In this document: piece by piece, positions 1 through 9,116 of the stretch
Layout of the letters: each line of letters opens with the position of its first letter
How positions within the stretch are numbered: the first letter of the stretch is position 1
IMG/VR virus record: IMGVR_UViG_3300046782_000129
Span: 1-64,000 of that record
DNA from: a virus
Length of the DNA stretch: 64,000 nucleotides
Strand: one strand, 5' to 3'
Program-made: the position numbers and the translations under genes
The notes under the pieces: generated by a model
Databases searched by the model: none
Told to the model about the DNA's origin: nothing
The model's input: only the letters and a program-made list of their open reading frames with translations

Positions 1-1
1 G

Positions 2-127
2 AAGGCCACGGTGACCGCTGTTCCACAGCCTGAAGATCGTCCCGGTCCCGTCCGGATGCGCGTCGAGAAAGATGACGACCCGCGTCGGGGAAATTTCGAT
101 ACGGCGTTTTTGCGTCGGCGTCGGTAA
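2..127 (+). CDS. 3' end of upstream gene (probably scaffold/prohead protease)
   Basis: Open frame KATVTAVPQPEDRPG...FLRRRR* ending just before the capsid RBS. Function inferred from position only. Confidence 0.45.
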   Translation, partial: KATVTAVPQPEDRPGPVRMRVEKDDDPRRGNFDTAFLRRRR

Positions 128-168
128 AGATCGTTCAACGCAAAGCCTTTTGATAGGAGAAGAGTGAC

Positions 169-1110
169 ATGACGAATCAGGAAGTGATTCAAAAAGCCGA
201 CATGGCGTTGAGCGATCTGGCCATCGCAGGCAAGCTGAATCCGGAACAAACGGATCGGTTCATTCGAACCCTGATCGACCAGCCGACACTGCTGAACGCA
301 GTCCGGACGGTCGCCATGGGTGCTCCGGAGATGAAGATCAACAAGATCGGCTTCGGGTCGCGCATCTTGCGGCCTGCGGTCAGCGCGACCGCCTTGGCGG
401 CATCGGATCGCGTGAAGCCTGACCTTGGACAGGTCCAGCTATCCACGAAGGAAGTCATCGCGGAAGTCTGGATTCCGTACGACGTCATCGAAGACAACAT
501 CGAGAAGGGCAACGTCAACGTGCCGCTCCAGACCGGCGCGGGCGGATTGCATCAGACCATCGTGGACCTGATGGCCGAGCGTGCGGCACTGGACTTGGAA
601 GAGTTGGGCATTCAGGGCGACACCGCGAACGTCGCAGACGCCTATCTGGCGTTGCAGGACGGGTACCTGAAGCTGGCGACGGCCAATGTGGTCAACGTCG
701 GGGGACCGTACGACAAGAACGCCGTCAAGGCGGCCCTCAAGACGATGCCCACCCGGTACCTCCGGAACAGGAGTGCCATGTCGCACTTCGTGTCGGTGGA
801 CAACGAGACGGAAATTCGTGACCAGTACGGCGCACGGCAGACGGCGTTGGGCGACCAGCAGGTACAGGGTTTGCTTCCGGTGTACATCTATGGAAGCCGC
901 GTGACCCCTGTCGCGTTGATGCCGGGAGTCAGCGGCCTGTTCACCGATCCGATGAACCTGATCTTCGGCATCCAGCGCAACATCATGATCGAGTACACGA
1001 AGGACATCCGTGCCCGCGTGTTCATCATCGTGCTGACCTGCCGCATCGACTTCGCCATTGAAGAGGCGAACGCTGTGGTGAAGTACGCGGGCATCACCGG
1101 AAGCCGGTAA
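169..1110 (+). CDS. Major capsid protein (HK97 fold, P2-capsid-like)
   Basis: 313 aa with GKLNPEQTDRFI, KINKIGFGSR, ERAALDLEELGIQGD and C-terminal RIDFAIEEANAVV. RBS AGGA; heads the structural module. Confidence 0.9.
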   Translation: MTNQEVIQKADMALSDLAIAGKLNPEQTDRFIRTLIDQPTLLNAVRTVAMGAPEMKINKIGFGSRILRPAVSATALAASDRVKPDLGQVQLSTKEVIAEVWIPYDVIEDNIEKGNVNVPLQTGAGGLHQTIVDLMAERAALDLEELGIQGDTANVADAYLALQDGYLKLATANVVNVGGPYDKNAVKAALKTMPTRYLRNRSAMSHFVSVDNETEIRDQYGARQTALGDQQVQGLLPVYIYGSRVTPVALMPGVSGLFTDPMNLIFGIQRNIMIEYTKDIRARVFIIVLTCRIDFAIEEANAVVKYAGITGSR

Positions 1111-1144
1111 CGCCGGTCACACAAGGCACCAAGGAGAGTCAACG

Positions 1145-1372
1145 ATGGCGATGGAGAAACATAACCAGCCCCAGCCGGGGGAACATGCGTGGGATCATCC
1201 AAGCGTGGATCACCCGAGCATGGAACCCCACAGAAACAGGCGGATGGGGGATGACCCGTCTCCAGTCAAGACCAGACTGGCCACGACGCTCCCCGCACCG
1301 TGGGCACCCAAGACGGTGGCCGAGCACAATGCGTGGGTGGACAAGACCTCCGCTGAGCAGTTGAAGGACTAG
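1145..1372 (+). CDS. Small hypothetical protein
   Basis: AAGGAG RBS, followed by a terminator. Confidence 0.5.
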   Translation: MAMEKHNQPQPGEHAWDHPSVDHPSMEPHRNRRMGDDPSPVKTRLATTLPAPWAPKTVAEHNAWVDKTSAEQLKD

Positions 1373-1392
1373 GCGGAATACAGTAAGCTCAT

Positions 1393-1422
1393 GGGGACTC
1401 CTCTAACAGGGGAGTCCCTTTT
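1393..1422 (+). terminator. Rho-independent terminator
   Basis: GGGACTCC...GGAGTCCC stem plus TTTT after the capsid unit. Confidence 0.75.
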
Positions 1423-1462
1423 GCACTTGATTGCCACAACAACATGTCAAAGGAGTTGACAC

Positions 1463-1897
1463 ATGGCGTTGAAAACGGGAGAGAGACCTGAGAAGTCGGT
1501 CGGGGAAGATGTGGCTGGACCTCAGCCAGTGGACACCATCGTCCTTGAACTGACGATGTACGTCAATTACACGTGGAACGGGGAGACGTATCACGCGGGG
1601 ACACCGTATCGGTTCAAGCGGGATGATGCAATGATCCTCATGTCCGAACAGGACCACGAACGTCCTATCTGGCGGATCTACCAGCCGCCCAAGATCAAGA
1701 AGGCCCAGCGTGCGCCAGAAGTGGACTCAACCGAGGTGAAGGCGGTACGGACACGCCAATCCTTGGAAGAGGCGGGCTTTCGGGACACGCGGAAGGGGAC
1801 GAACACGGGTAAGAGAATCGACGTCGGCACTGATGAGGAGATTGCAGACATTCTCGACCGTCCTGATTTCGACGCATCCGGGGACGTGACGGTGTAA
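1463..1897 (+). CDS. Hypothetical protein, head module
   Basis: AAGGAG RBS; lies between capsid and adaptor genes. Confidence 0.7.
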   Translation: MALKTGERPEKSVGEDVAGPQPVDTIVLELTMYVNYTWNGETYHAGTPYRFKRDDAMILMSEQDHERPIWRIYQPPKIKKAQRAPEVDSTEVKAVRTRQSLEEAGFRDTRKGTNTGKRIDVGTDEEIADILDRPDFDASGDVTV

Positions 1898-1899
1898 TT

Positions 1900-2517
1900 A
1901 TGTCGATGAAGATGCCGCTGTTCGTGAAGCCGGAAGATGTCATGACCCGGTTGCAGTTGGACCCCGAGCTTGCGGGGATCACCGACGTGATCACCTCTGG
2001 CATCATCGGCGCACAACTTCACGTCCAGCGCATCTGTAGCGGGCTACTGCCACGTCAAGTGCAGGACGCCCGCTACTTCATCGACTCCATGTCGTTCTCC
2101 AGCATCGCCCCCAACGGCACGTATCGTGTGGAGATTCCGAGCGGGTTCGTCCGTATGGACGTGCCCGTGATGATTACGGCGTCCGCGTCCGGGGCCGGTC
2201 CATTCGAAGACCTGACCGAGGTGGACATGGGGCTGGTGAGACTGGAAGCTCCGCGTGGCTACCTTCACCTCGATGGAAACACGTTTGGAGACTGTCACGT
2301 GCGGGTGCAATGTGAGACGGGGTTCGATGCTGATGAAGAAATTCCAAACGACGTGTATGAAGCCATCATGTCGCTCATTCCGATGATTTTTGAAAGTGCG
2401 CCCACGACGGGAGGCACGACCCAGAAGGCCATGATGCGACATCAGCCCACGGACCCGGCATTCATGCTGTTACAGCCCTATATTCGGACCAAAGGCTTCT
2501 CTTTCCGTCCAGCGTGA
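1900..2517 (+). CDS. Putative head-tail adaptor/connector
   Basis: VRVQCETGF...IPNDVYEAI...LLQPY pattern typical of gp6/gp15-like adaptors; synteny. Confidence 0.6.
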   Translation: MSMKMPLFVKPEDVMTRLQLDPELAGITDVITSGIIGAQLHVQRICSGLLPRQVQDARYFIDSMSFSSIAPNGTYRVEIPSGFVRMDVPVMITASASGAGPFEDLTEVDMGLVRLEAPRGYLHLDGNTFGDCHVRVQCETGFDADEEIPNDVYEAIMSLIPMIFESAPTTGGTTQKAMMRHQPTDPAFMLLQPYIRTKGFSFRPA

Positions 2518-2520
2518 GTG

Positions 2521-2576
2521 CAAGCAAGCACAAGCAAGCACAAGCAAGCATTTTCCAAGCAAGCACAAGCAAGCAT
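2521..2576. repeat. 56-bp element (CAAGCAAGCA)x3-TTTTC-(CAAGCAAGCA)x2-T, copy 1
   Basis: Read directly; exact reverse complement at 52236-52291. Confidence 0.95.
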
Positions 2577-3039
2577 GAAGCTTCTTTCCGTTACCGTCGT
2601 CGGCCAGACCGGTTTAGAGGCTTCAATGGCTGGTTTGGCCGAGGCCATGGACACGAGGAAGATCCTCGATGAGGGAGCCGCCGTCATCTACAACCGGATG
2701 CGGTCACGGTTCCTCATGGAGGAAGATCCTCTGGGGAACAAGTGGCCCCCCTCTCGTGCGGCTCTCCGACGTGCGGCGAGTGGCCGAGGCGGTGGCACCC
2801 TGTTCGACACCGGCAAACTCTTTCGAAGCATTCAGTTGTATGCTGGGGACGACACGACCCGCGCCATCGGCACGGATGTCACGTCCCCGAGCGGTTTCTC
2901 CTACGCCGAGAAGCATCAGTTCGGGATTGGCTTCCCCCAGCGGCAGTTTTTAGGCTTCGGGCAGGACGATCTGGAGACCATGCAGAACGTGATCATCAGA
3001 CGCATTGCTGAGGGCATCAAGAAGGGGACGAACGTATGA
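2575..3039 (+). CDS. Virion morphogenesis / tail completion protein (Mu gpG / P2 gpS-like)
   Basis: RFLMEEDPLGNKWPPS, TLFDTGKLFRSI, YAEKHQFG, PQRQFLG motifs. Start placed at ATG 2575 rather than GTG 2518. Confidence 0.85.
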   Translation: MKLLSVTVVGQTGLEASMAGLAEAMDTRKILDEGAAVIYNRMRSRFLMEEDPLGNKWPPSRAALRRAASGRGGGTLFDTGKLFRSIQLYAGDDTTRAIGTDVTSPSGFSYAEKHQFGIGFPQRQFLGFGQDDLETMQNVIIRRIAEGIKKGTNV

Positions 3040-3524
3040 ACCCCAGCAAGCTGAACGAGGTGATGGCGGAGGCCATGGCCCGGTTGCAGCAATTGAATGC
3101 CCCGCCCGTGGACTTGACTGGCCGCGTCGTGGTGGCGTATGACGAGAACGATTTACACGATGTCCTGAAGGGCATCAAGAGTTTCCCTGCCGTAGGCATT
3201 GTGTACGAAGGCATGCGTTCGATGCCTGAGTCAGGTCCTACGGCCAAAGTGGGTCTGTCCGCAGAGATTGTGTTGGCCTTCGTGTTGGTGGAGGCGGGCG
3301 ATCAGATTCATCGGACGAACCAGAAGAAGGTCCGCGCTATTGAGTGGCTGGATGCGATGCGGGCACAATTCATTGCCCAACGGAGCACTGTCACCCAGCA
3401 TTTCTGGCATTTTCTCGTGGAAAGCCCAGCCGCCTTGCGGTCTGGTACGGTGGTGTGGATCCAGCGATGGTCAGTCCCCGTTCAACTCCCCCACCAACCG
3501 CCCTCCCAGCCAAACTGCCGCTAG
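3036..3524 (+). CDS. Putative tail terminator
   Basis: FPAVGIVYEG motif, size and synteny. Confidence 0.55.
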   Translation: MNPSKLNEVMAEAMARLQQLNAPPVDLTGRVVVAYDENDLHDVLKGIKSFPAVGIVYEGMRSMPESGPTAKVGLSAEIVLAFVLVEAGDQIHRTNQKKVRAIEWLDAMRAQFIAQRSTVTQHFWHFLVESPAALRSGTVVWIQRWSVPVQLPHQPPSQPNCR

Positions 3525-4240
3525 TCTCCTGCATTCTGCCGACGAAGGATCGAGCAGCCTTCATCCCGCAGGCCATCAGAAGCTACCAGACGCAGACGTA
3601 TCCCTACCGGGAACTGGTGATCGTAGACAACGGGAACGACCACACCGAGTCGATGATTCCCTTTGCTACGGATCCCACCATTCGATATGCCCGCGTGGCA
3701 GGCCGATTGACCACCGGAGACATGCGAAACCTGTGTGCGAAGCACTCGTACGGACAGATCATCTGTCATTTTGACTCGGATGACTGGAGTGCGCCGGGAC
3801 GTGTGACAGAACAGGTCACACAGTTGGGGGAGTTCGGCGTGGTGACTGGCTATCACTCGATGTTGTTCTATGACATCCGAGATGGCAAAAGCTACCTGTG
3901 GCACATGCCGCATTCACCCGTGCGCTACATATTGGGGACATCGCTGTGTTACCGTCGAGAGTGGTGGCGTACCCACCGGTTCGAATCGTTGCGTGTGGGA
4001 GAAGACTTGCGGTTCTATCAACGAGCCTGCCGAGAGGCCAGACGGTTGACCTTCTCGGCTCCCGCAGGCCATCAGATGGTGGCCCGCGTGCATGATCATC
4101 AGACGTGTCGGAAGTCTCTCACCCCGATGAGTTATACTCCGATGCCACCCACGGCGTTACCCTCGGGATTCCCATGCGATTTAACATCTGCTCCAATCTC
4201 AATAACGGTGTTGGACTCCAGCGGGACTACGAACTGCTGA
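3467..4240 (+). CDS. Glycosyltransferase family 2 (GT-A)
   Basis: PLVSCILPT...ELVIVDNG, ICHFDSDDW (DxD), GEDLRF. Start uncertain. Confidence 0.88.
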   Translation: MVSPRSTPPPTALPAKLPLVSCILPTKDRAAFIPQAIRSYQTQTYPYRELVIVDNGNDHTESMIPFATDPTIRYARVAGRLTTGDMRNLCAKHSYGQIICHFDSDDWSAPGRVTEQVTQLGEFGVVTGYHSMLFYDIRDGKSYLWHMPHSPVRYILGTSLCYRREWWRTHRFESLRVGEDLRFYQRACREARRLTFSAPAGHQMVARVHDHQTCRKSLTPMSYTPMPPTALPSGFPCDLTSAPISITVLDSSGTTNC

Positions 4241-5040
4241 GACACCAGTTAGAGAAGCGTGGCCATCAGGTGTATGGAGTGCAGTTCAATGCCACTCCGG
4301 TGGTGGCTCCACGAGCAGATGTCAATATTTTCGTGGAAGTGGTGACGCCGTTCGTGTTTGCTGCCGCTCCCAAGCAATGGGTTATCCCCCATCCTGAGTG
4401 GTGGTTTGCTCAGTGGGACAAGTACCCCTATGACTTGGTGCTAGCGAAGACCAGAGACTGCGAACGGATTTTTAGAGCGAAGGTTGGGGACAAATGCCGT
4501 TATATTGGGTGGCTGGCAAGGGATTTGTATCGTCCGGAGATTCCACGGCAACGGAAATTCCTGCATGTCTGTGGGAAGTCACAGTTCAAGAACACGCCTG
4601 CGGTTATTGTGGGATGCCAGCATGCTGGTGTGCCCCTGACTGTGATCGGGACACACGCGGGCACCCGCCGTCACGTCTCCGATCCGGAGCTAGTCAACTT
4701 GATGAACACCCATTTTTGTCAGGTGATGCCTTCCGCGTATGAAGGGTACGGCCATGTGTTGCATGAGGCGTTGGGGGCGGGACAGATCCTCATTACCACC
4801 AATGCTCCGCCGATGAATGAGTTGACGCCCTCCATCTTGTTGCCGAGTGAAAGCACGTCGAAGTACCATGAAGGCACGTTGCACAAGGTGTCGCCACTCA
4901 GTGTGTCGAAGGCCGTCAAGCATGTGATGGCGTTGCCACCCACGTCGGTGCAACGGTATCGTGACGAGGGCCGCGCACAGTTTCAGCAAGATCAGGTGGC
5001 GTTTGAGCAGGCGTTGGACGAGTTGTTGGGACCCGGCTAA
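4174..5040 (+). CDS. Glycosyltransferase, GT-B fold (GT4-like)
   Basis: PSAYEGYGHVLHEALGAG (EX7E) and ITTNAPPMNE. Confidence 0.85.
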   Translation: MRFNICSNLNNGVGLQRDYELLRHQLEKRGHQVYGVQFNATPVVAPRADVNIFVEVVTPFVFAAAPKQWVIPHPEWWFAQWDKYPYDLVLAKTRDCERIFRAKVGDKCRYIGWLARDLYRPEIPRQRKFLHVCGKSQFKNTPAVIVGCQHAGVPLTVIGTHAGTRRHVSDPELVNLMNTHFCQVMPSAYEGYGHVLHEALGAGQILITTNAPPMNELTPSILLPSESTSKYHEGTLHKVSPLSVSKAVKHVMALPPTSVQRYRDEGRAQFQQDQVAFEQALDELLGPG

Positions 5041-5585
5041 TGGTGTTTACGGATCACGGGAAGAAGAATGCGCTGTGGGATGTGCTGCACTCAATTGCCA
5101 CACAGCGGAAAATCGTGGCCTATCTGGAAGTGGGGGTGTGTTACGGCCACTCCCTGCGAACGGTGCTGGACGTGCAGTTCCCAGACCGATTGACGCTCTG
5201 TGATTCGTGGGGCGGCGAGTCGGGTGGAGAACAATTTGGAGGCCCGACTCACATCGAAGCCCTCCTCCAGACCTTGGAATACCACTACCCAGTGACGTTC
5301 TTGAATGGAAACTCCCACGAGTTACTGAAGACCGTCAAGCAACGGTTCGACCTGATTCTCGTGGATGGCGACCACACGGAGGAAGGAGCCAGACAAGACC
5401 TTCAGGATTGTTGGCCCTTGCTGATGCCCGGAGGCTTGTTGGTGTTCGATGACCTGAGCCATCCCTCCCACCCCGAGCTACTGTCGGTGTTCCATGACTT
5501 CATGACCAGCGTGCAGGCCACCCTGATCCATGAAGATGTCGATACGCCGATGGGCGTCGGTGTGCTATGCAAGATATCGTCCTAA
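5040..5585 (+). CDS. Class I SAM-dependent methyltransferase (Methyltransf_24-like)
   Basis: YLEVGVCYGHS, FDLILVDGDHTEEG, LMPGGLLVFDD. Confidence 0.88.
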   Translation: MVFTDHGKKNALWDVLHSIATQRKIVAYLEVGVCYGHSLRTVLDVQFPDRLTLCDSWGGESGGEQFGGPTHIEALLQTLEYHYPVTFLNGNSHELLKTVKQRFDLILVDGDHTEEGARQDLQDCWPLLMPGGLLVFDDLSHPSHPELLSVFHDFMTSVQATLIHEDVDTPMGVGVLCKISS

Positions 5586-6340
5586 TCCCCACCTATGACC
5601 GGCCCGAATTGCTGTGGTTGTGCTTGGAGTACATGGCAGCAAGTCCGGAGAGCCGAGAGGTGCAGATTCTAATCTGTGTGGATGCTCATGTGGGGCACGC
5701 CCCCCCTCCACGAGCCGAGATTGAAGAAGTCATCAAGAAATTCCCGCAGCTACACATTCGCATCGGCTTCAGGCCCGCGCACACGTTCCACGGGAACAGT
5801 TTCAATTTGATGATGGCGTACCGGGACTTGTATCAGACCGAGGCCCGCTACGTGTTCATGGTGGAAGACGACGTGATGATCATGCCCGAGTTTTTCGCAT
5901 GGCATCGCCAGCAACACCTCCACCGGTTGATTGGGTGCAGCATTGGCGTACTGAAGCGTCCTGAGCACGGGCACTATGCGTCGTTGGGGGTGTGTTTTCG
6001 TCGGGAGATTCTGAAAAGAATTATCCCCCATTGTCAAACGGCGTACTTTCAAGACATGAGGGGATATTGCAAGAAAATGTTCCCTCCGTCGAAGTATGAC
6101 TGCGAACAGGATGGGTTGTGGTGTCGAGTGCTGTCCGATCAACCGGTCGTCTGGCCTATGATTGCCATGGCCCAACATGTAGGGTGGTACGGCTACCACA
6201 GAAAGAAGAGTCATCGCCCCAGCGGGACACTCGATCAACGTTACCAGCAAGTCAAAATCGCTCTGTCTGACGCAGGAATTTTGCACACGATGGTGCGAGA
6301 GTTCTGGGATGTGGAACCCTTACGAAGCCCTTGCAATTGA
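5567..6340 (+). CDS. Glycosyltransferase, GT-A fold
   Basis: IVLIPTYDRPELL, YVFMVEDDV, QDGL, QHVG motifs. Confidence 0.75.
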   Translation: MQDIVLIPTYDRPELLWLCLEYMAASPESREVQILICVDAHVGHAPPPRAEIEEVIKKFPQLHIRIGFRPAHTFHGNSFNLMMAYRDLYQTEARYVFMVEDDVMIMPEFFAWHRQQHLHRLIGCSIGVLKRPEHGHYASLGVCFRREILKRIIPHCQTAYFQDMRGYCKKMFPPSKYDCEQDGLWCRVLSDQPVVWPMIAMAQHVGWYGYHRKKSHRPSGTLDQRYQQVKIALSDAGILHTMVREFWDVEPLRSPCN

Positions 6341-6403
6341 GTGCCGAATGCCTCACACTCTTGGACGCAGCCACAACAGGTTGTGTGTTCAAAGGAGAAC
6401 GCT

Positions 6404-7519
6404 ATGAGTCTGGTAAATGTTAAGAGTCTAGGGTATGGCGGTACGGGTATCCCCGACGCTTTGCCTCAGGCGATTGCCGAACTCCAAGGCATGAGATTGA
6501 CCGTGGTCAATGGAGCAGCGGCAGGCACGGTTGTCCCGGTCCCCGGCATGGACCCGGAAGACACCATCGGAGCCGCTGTGGATCTGACCGGCACGGTGGA
6601 CATCCCCGTCAACACGCTTACCATCCAAGGCCGCAACGCGAAGGGCACGATCACGTGTCTGACGACCGCCGCCGATGGCGACTTCGTGACCGTCAACGGC
6701 AGGAACTACACGTTCCGCAATGTGATCGTGAGCACCAGCTACAATGCGCCTCCCGGCGTGGTGCCTATCACGATTACGCCGAGCGGCAGTGACCCCGAGC
6801 AGATGGCCAGAGTACTGGCTCAGGTCATCATGTCCGGAGATAGCAGCGTGACCTGCACGGTGGGTCCCGATGCATCGTCTCCGCCGAAGATGGCCGTGGT
6901 GACCGTGCTGGTGCGCCAGCCCGGAACCGCAGGCAACAGCTACACGCTGGCCGAGACTGGTAATTCGGTCACGGTATCCGGAGCCACCTTCACAGGCGGT
7001 ACATCAACTGGCAGCGCGGGATTCGTGAGCAGCGTCAGCTTGGCAGGCAAGAAAGTCCTCCTGCTCTGGTACGACAAGCGTCCGGGAGTGCAGACGGCTC
7101 CGTTGCTCATGGGCGTGCTTGGGGCGATGGAAGACCCAATGGAGCACATCACGTTGACCGTGACGGAACTGGACCCGGAGTCGGCCAACATCGGAGACCC
7201 GAGCTTCACGTTGCACGTTCACGGCACGGGCTTCGGTCCGGATTCGGTGATCGTGTTCAACGGCCACGAAGAGCCGACGACGTTCGTTTCCACCACGGAA
7301 CTGACCACGGGGGTGGACATGGACGTGTGGAAGGGTCCTTCGGAACCCCTGCCGGTGGTCGTCAAGACCGGGCTGGGTGATCAGAGTGAGCCTCTGGAAT
7401 TCCAATTCTTTGCTGCTGGAACTCCTCCAAAGGCTGGGTCGGAAGGCAAGGGCAACTTGACCTTCAAGGGTGGCGGGGAGAAGAACGACACGAAACACCC
7501 CGGCAGACCCAGACGCTAA
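6404..7519 (+). CDS. Putative virion structural protein with C-terminal Ig-like (IPT/TIG) domain
   Basis: AAGGAG RBS; FTLHVHGTGFGPDSVIVFNG...TTFVSTTELT. Confidence 0.7.
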   Translation: MSLVNVKSLGYGGTGIPDALPQAIAELQGMRLTVVNGAAAGTVVPVPGMDPEDTIGAAVDLTGTVDIPVNTLTIQGRNAKGTITCLTTAADGDFVTVNGRNYTFRNVIVSTSYNAPPGVVPITITPSGSDPEQMARVLAQVIMSGDSSVTCTVGPDASSPPKMAVVTVLVRQPGTAGNSYTLAETGNSVTVSGATFTGGTSTGSAGFVSSVSLAGKKVLLLWYDKRPGVQTAPLLMGVLGAMEDPMEHITLTVTELDPESANIGDPSFTLHVHGTGFGPDSVIVFNGHEEPTTFVSTTELTTGVDMDVWKGPSEPLPVVVKTGLGDQSEPLEFQFFAAGTPPKAGSEGKGNLTFKGGGEKNDTKHPGRPRR

Positions 7520-7545
7520 CCATTTAGAGGAGAGGGAGACTCAGC

Positions 7546-8379
7546 ATGGCAACTTTTGATGGGGCCAATTGGTACTTCAGCGGCCAAGGCGTGATCATGG
7601 TCGGTCGGCGGGATCCGATTACCGGCAATCCGATTGGCCTGAGACCAGTCGGCAACTGCCCGGACATGAAGATCGGGATCGCCACGACCGTTGTGAATCA
7701 CAAAGGGTCGCAGGACGGTCAGCGTGCGACAGACGCACGACTCCAGACCGAAATCAACGTGACTTGCTCGATCACCGTGGAGAACTGGAACGCGAAGAAC
7801 CTCGCAGAAGCCACGAGAGGTTCGGACACGCTCCTGCCAGCCGGAACCGCCACCAACGAAGACGTGATGGGCTTCCCCGGTATGGTCAGTTCGTTCCGGC
7901 ACATCGACGTGAACGGCGTGGTCGTCAAGCAAGGCAGTTCCTCGCTGGTGATGTACACGGACGGCACGGTGCCGTGGGACTACAAGCTGAACCAAGCGGC
8001 AGGCTCCATCCTGATGAACGATGGCGTCCTGATGGACTTCGCGTCCTACGCCCCGGCATCGCCCTTCGATCCCGCAGGCGATCCACTCACGGTCAGCTAC
8101 AGCTACGGGGAACAGTACCTCGTGGATTCGTTGACCCGTCCGATCACCGACAACTGGCTGCGCTTCGAAGGTCTCAACACCATCGAGGAGAACAGCCCGG
8201 TCATCGTGGACGTGTTCCGCTTCAGCAACGACCCGCTGAAGGAACTGGCCCTGTTGTCCGACACGTTCGGTCAGTTCGTCATCGAGGGTTCGGTCCTCAA
8301 GGACGATACCCGTTTGGCAGGCAGCAATTACTTCAGCATCAAGAAGCTGAAGGCACAGCCCGACAACGCCGTCAACTAG
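7546..8379 (+). CDS. Major tail tube protein
   Basis: YFSGQG...VGNCP, LRFEGLNT, IEGSVLKDDT motifs; upstream of chaperone and tape measure. Confidence 0.85.
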   Translation: MATFDGANWYFSGQGVIMVGRRDPITGNPIGLRPVGNCPDMKIGIATTVVNHKGSQDGQRATDARLQTEINVTCSITVENWNAKNLAEATRGSDTLLPAGTATNEDVMGFPGMVSSFRHIDVNGVVVKQGSSSLVMYTDGTVPWDYKLNQAAGSILMNDGVLMDFASYAPASPFDPAGDPLTVSYSYGEQYLVDSLTRPITDNWLRFEGLNTIEENSPVIVDVFRFSNDPLKELALLSDTFGQFVIEGSVLKDDTRLAGSNYFSIKKLKAQPDNAVN

Positions 8380-8401
8380 ACGGCCACTCGGGGCACGGCA
8401 T

Positions 8402-8433
8402 GGGTGGGTGGCAATGGGCCATCCACCCCTTTT
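8402..8433 (+). terminator. Rho-independent terminator
   Basis: GGGTGGGTGGC...GCCATCCACCC stem plus CTTTT. Confidence 0.7.
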
Positions 8434-8460
8434 CGTAGCAGGCCCAACAAGGAGTGTTCA

Positions 8461-8919
8461 GTGGCCAAAAAGATCGTGAAGATCGCAGACCTCGCTCAAC
8501 TCAGCCGTCCCGTTGACATTTCTGAAGACGAACAGATCATGGTGCGGGCCTTGAACCTCCGCGAGATGGTGGAGTTGTTTATCGATTCCCGTGACGTGTT
8601 TCTGCCGTTGTATGCGGCAGGCGTGGAAGGCACGGTGAATGCCGAAGGACTCGGACCTTTCCTGCTCACGGCTCCAGAAGTCGTCGCCAAGATCATCGCC
8701 CTCGCTTCGGACGAGCCGGGATCTACCGACGTGATCCAGAAGCGCATGCCTGCGACCGTGCAACTGATTGCGCTGTCGGAGATATGGAAGCTGTCGGTAC
8801 CCGACGCAAAAAAAGCGAGAGAGTTGTTATCCGAGGTGACAACTCTGTTGCAAAAGCTCAACGAAAAGGGCGAGTTAGCCCAGAAGACAGCTTCTCCAAT
8901 GAGCTTGCAGGCGCAGTAG
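8461..8919 (+). CDS. Tail assembly chaperone (gpG-like)
   Basis: AAGGAG RBS before GTG; between tail tube and tape measure. Confidence 0.75.
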   Translation: MAKKIVKIADLAQLSRPVDISEDEQIMVRALNLREMVELFIDSRDVFLPLYAAGVEGTVNAEGLGPFLLTAPEVVAKIIALASDEPGSTDVIQKRMPATVQLIALSEIWKLSVPDAKKARELLSEVTTLLQKLNEKGELAQKTASPMSLQAQ

Positions 8920-9116
8920 AGTTACTGGTGGCCCATGGCCATCGCCCCCATGAAGTCTGGGGCTACAGTTTGCGAGTCATTCAGGTGTACGTAGACCTGA
9001 TCACCGTGCGGGTTCGTCAGCAGTTGCATGCCTTGACGGTGGCCGTACGCCATACGCAAGGGTCTGATGCCAAGGTGTTTCGTGAGTTTCTGAAAAGCCT
9101 TGAGGGAGACGAGTAA
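8808..9116 (+). CDS. Tail assembly chaperone extension (gpGT-like, -1 frameshift)
   Basis: A AAA AAA heptamer at 8808-8814; the -1 frame stays open up to the tape measure start (LLVAHGHRPHEVWGYSLR). Confidence 0.7.
   Translation, partial: KKSERVVIRGDNSVAKAQRKGRVSPEDSFSNELAGAVELLVAHGHRPHEVWGYSLRVIQVYVDLITVRVRQQLHALTVAVRHTQGSDAKVFREFLKSLEGDE

Noticed and set aside
2521-2576. CAAGCAAGCA repeats as a CRISPR array, or as coding sequence (GTG start at 2518)
   Set aside because: Units are 10 bp with no unique spacers. The translated peptide is a low-complexity by-product, and the same element is non-coding at 52236.
3344-3524. Long N-terminal extension of GT2, or a -1 frameshift fusing the tail terminator to GT2
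   Set aside because: No clear X XXY YYZ heptamer; an in-frame ATG at 3467 explains the overlap.
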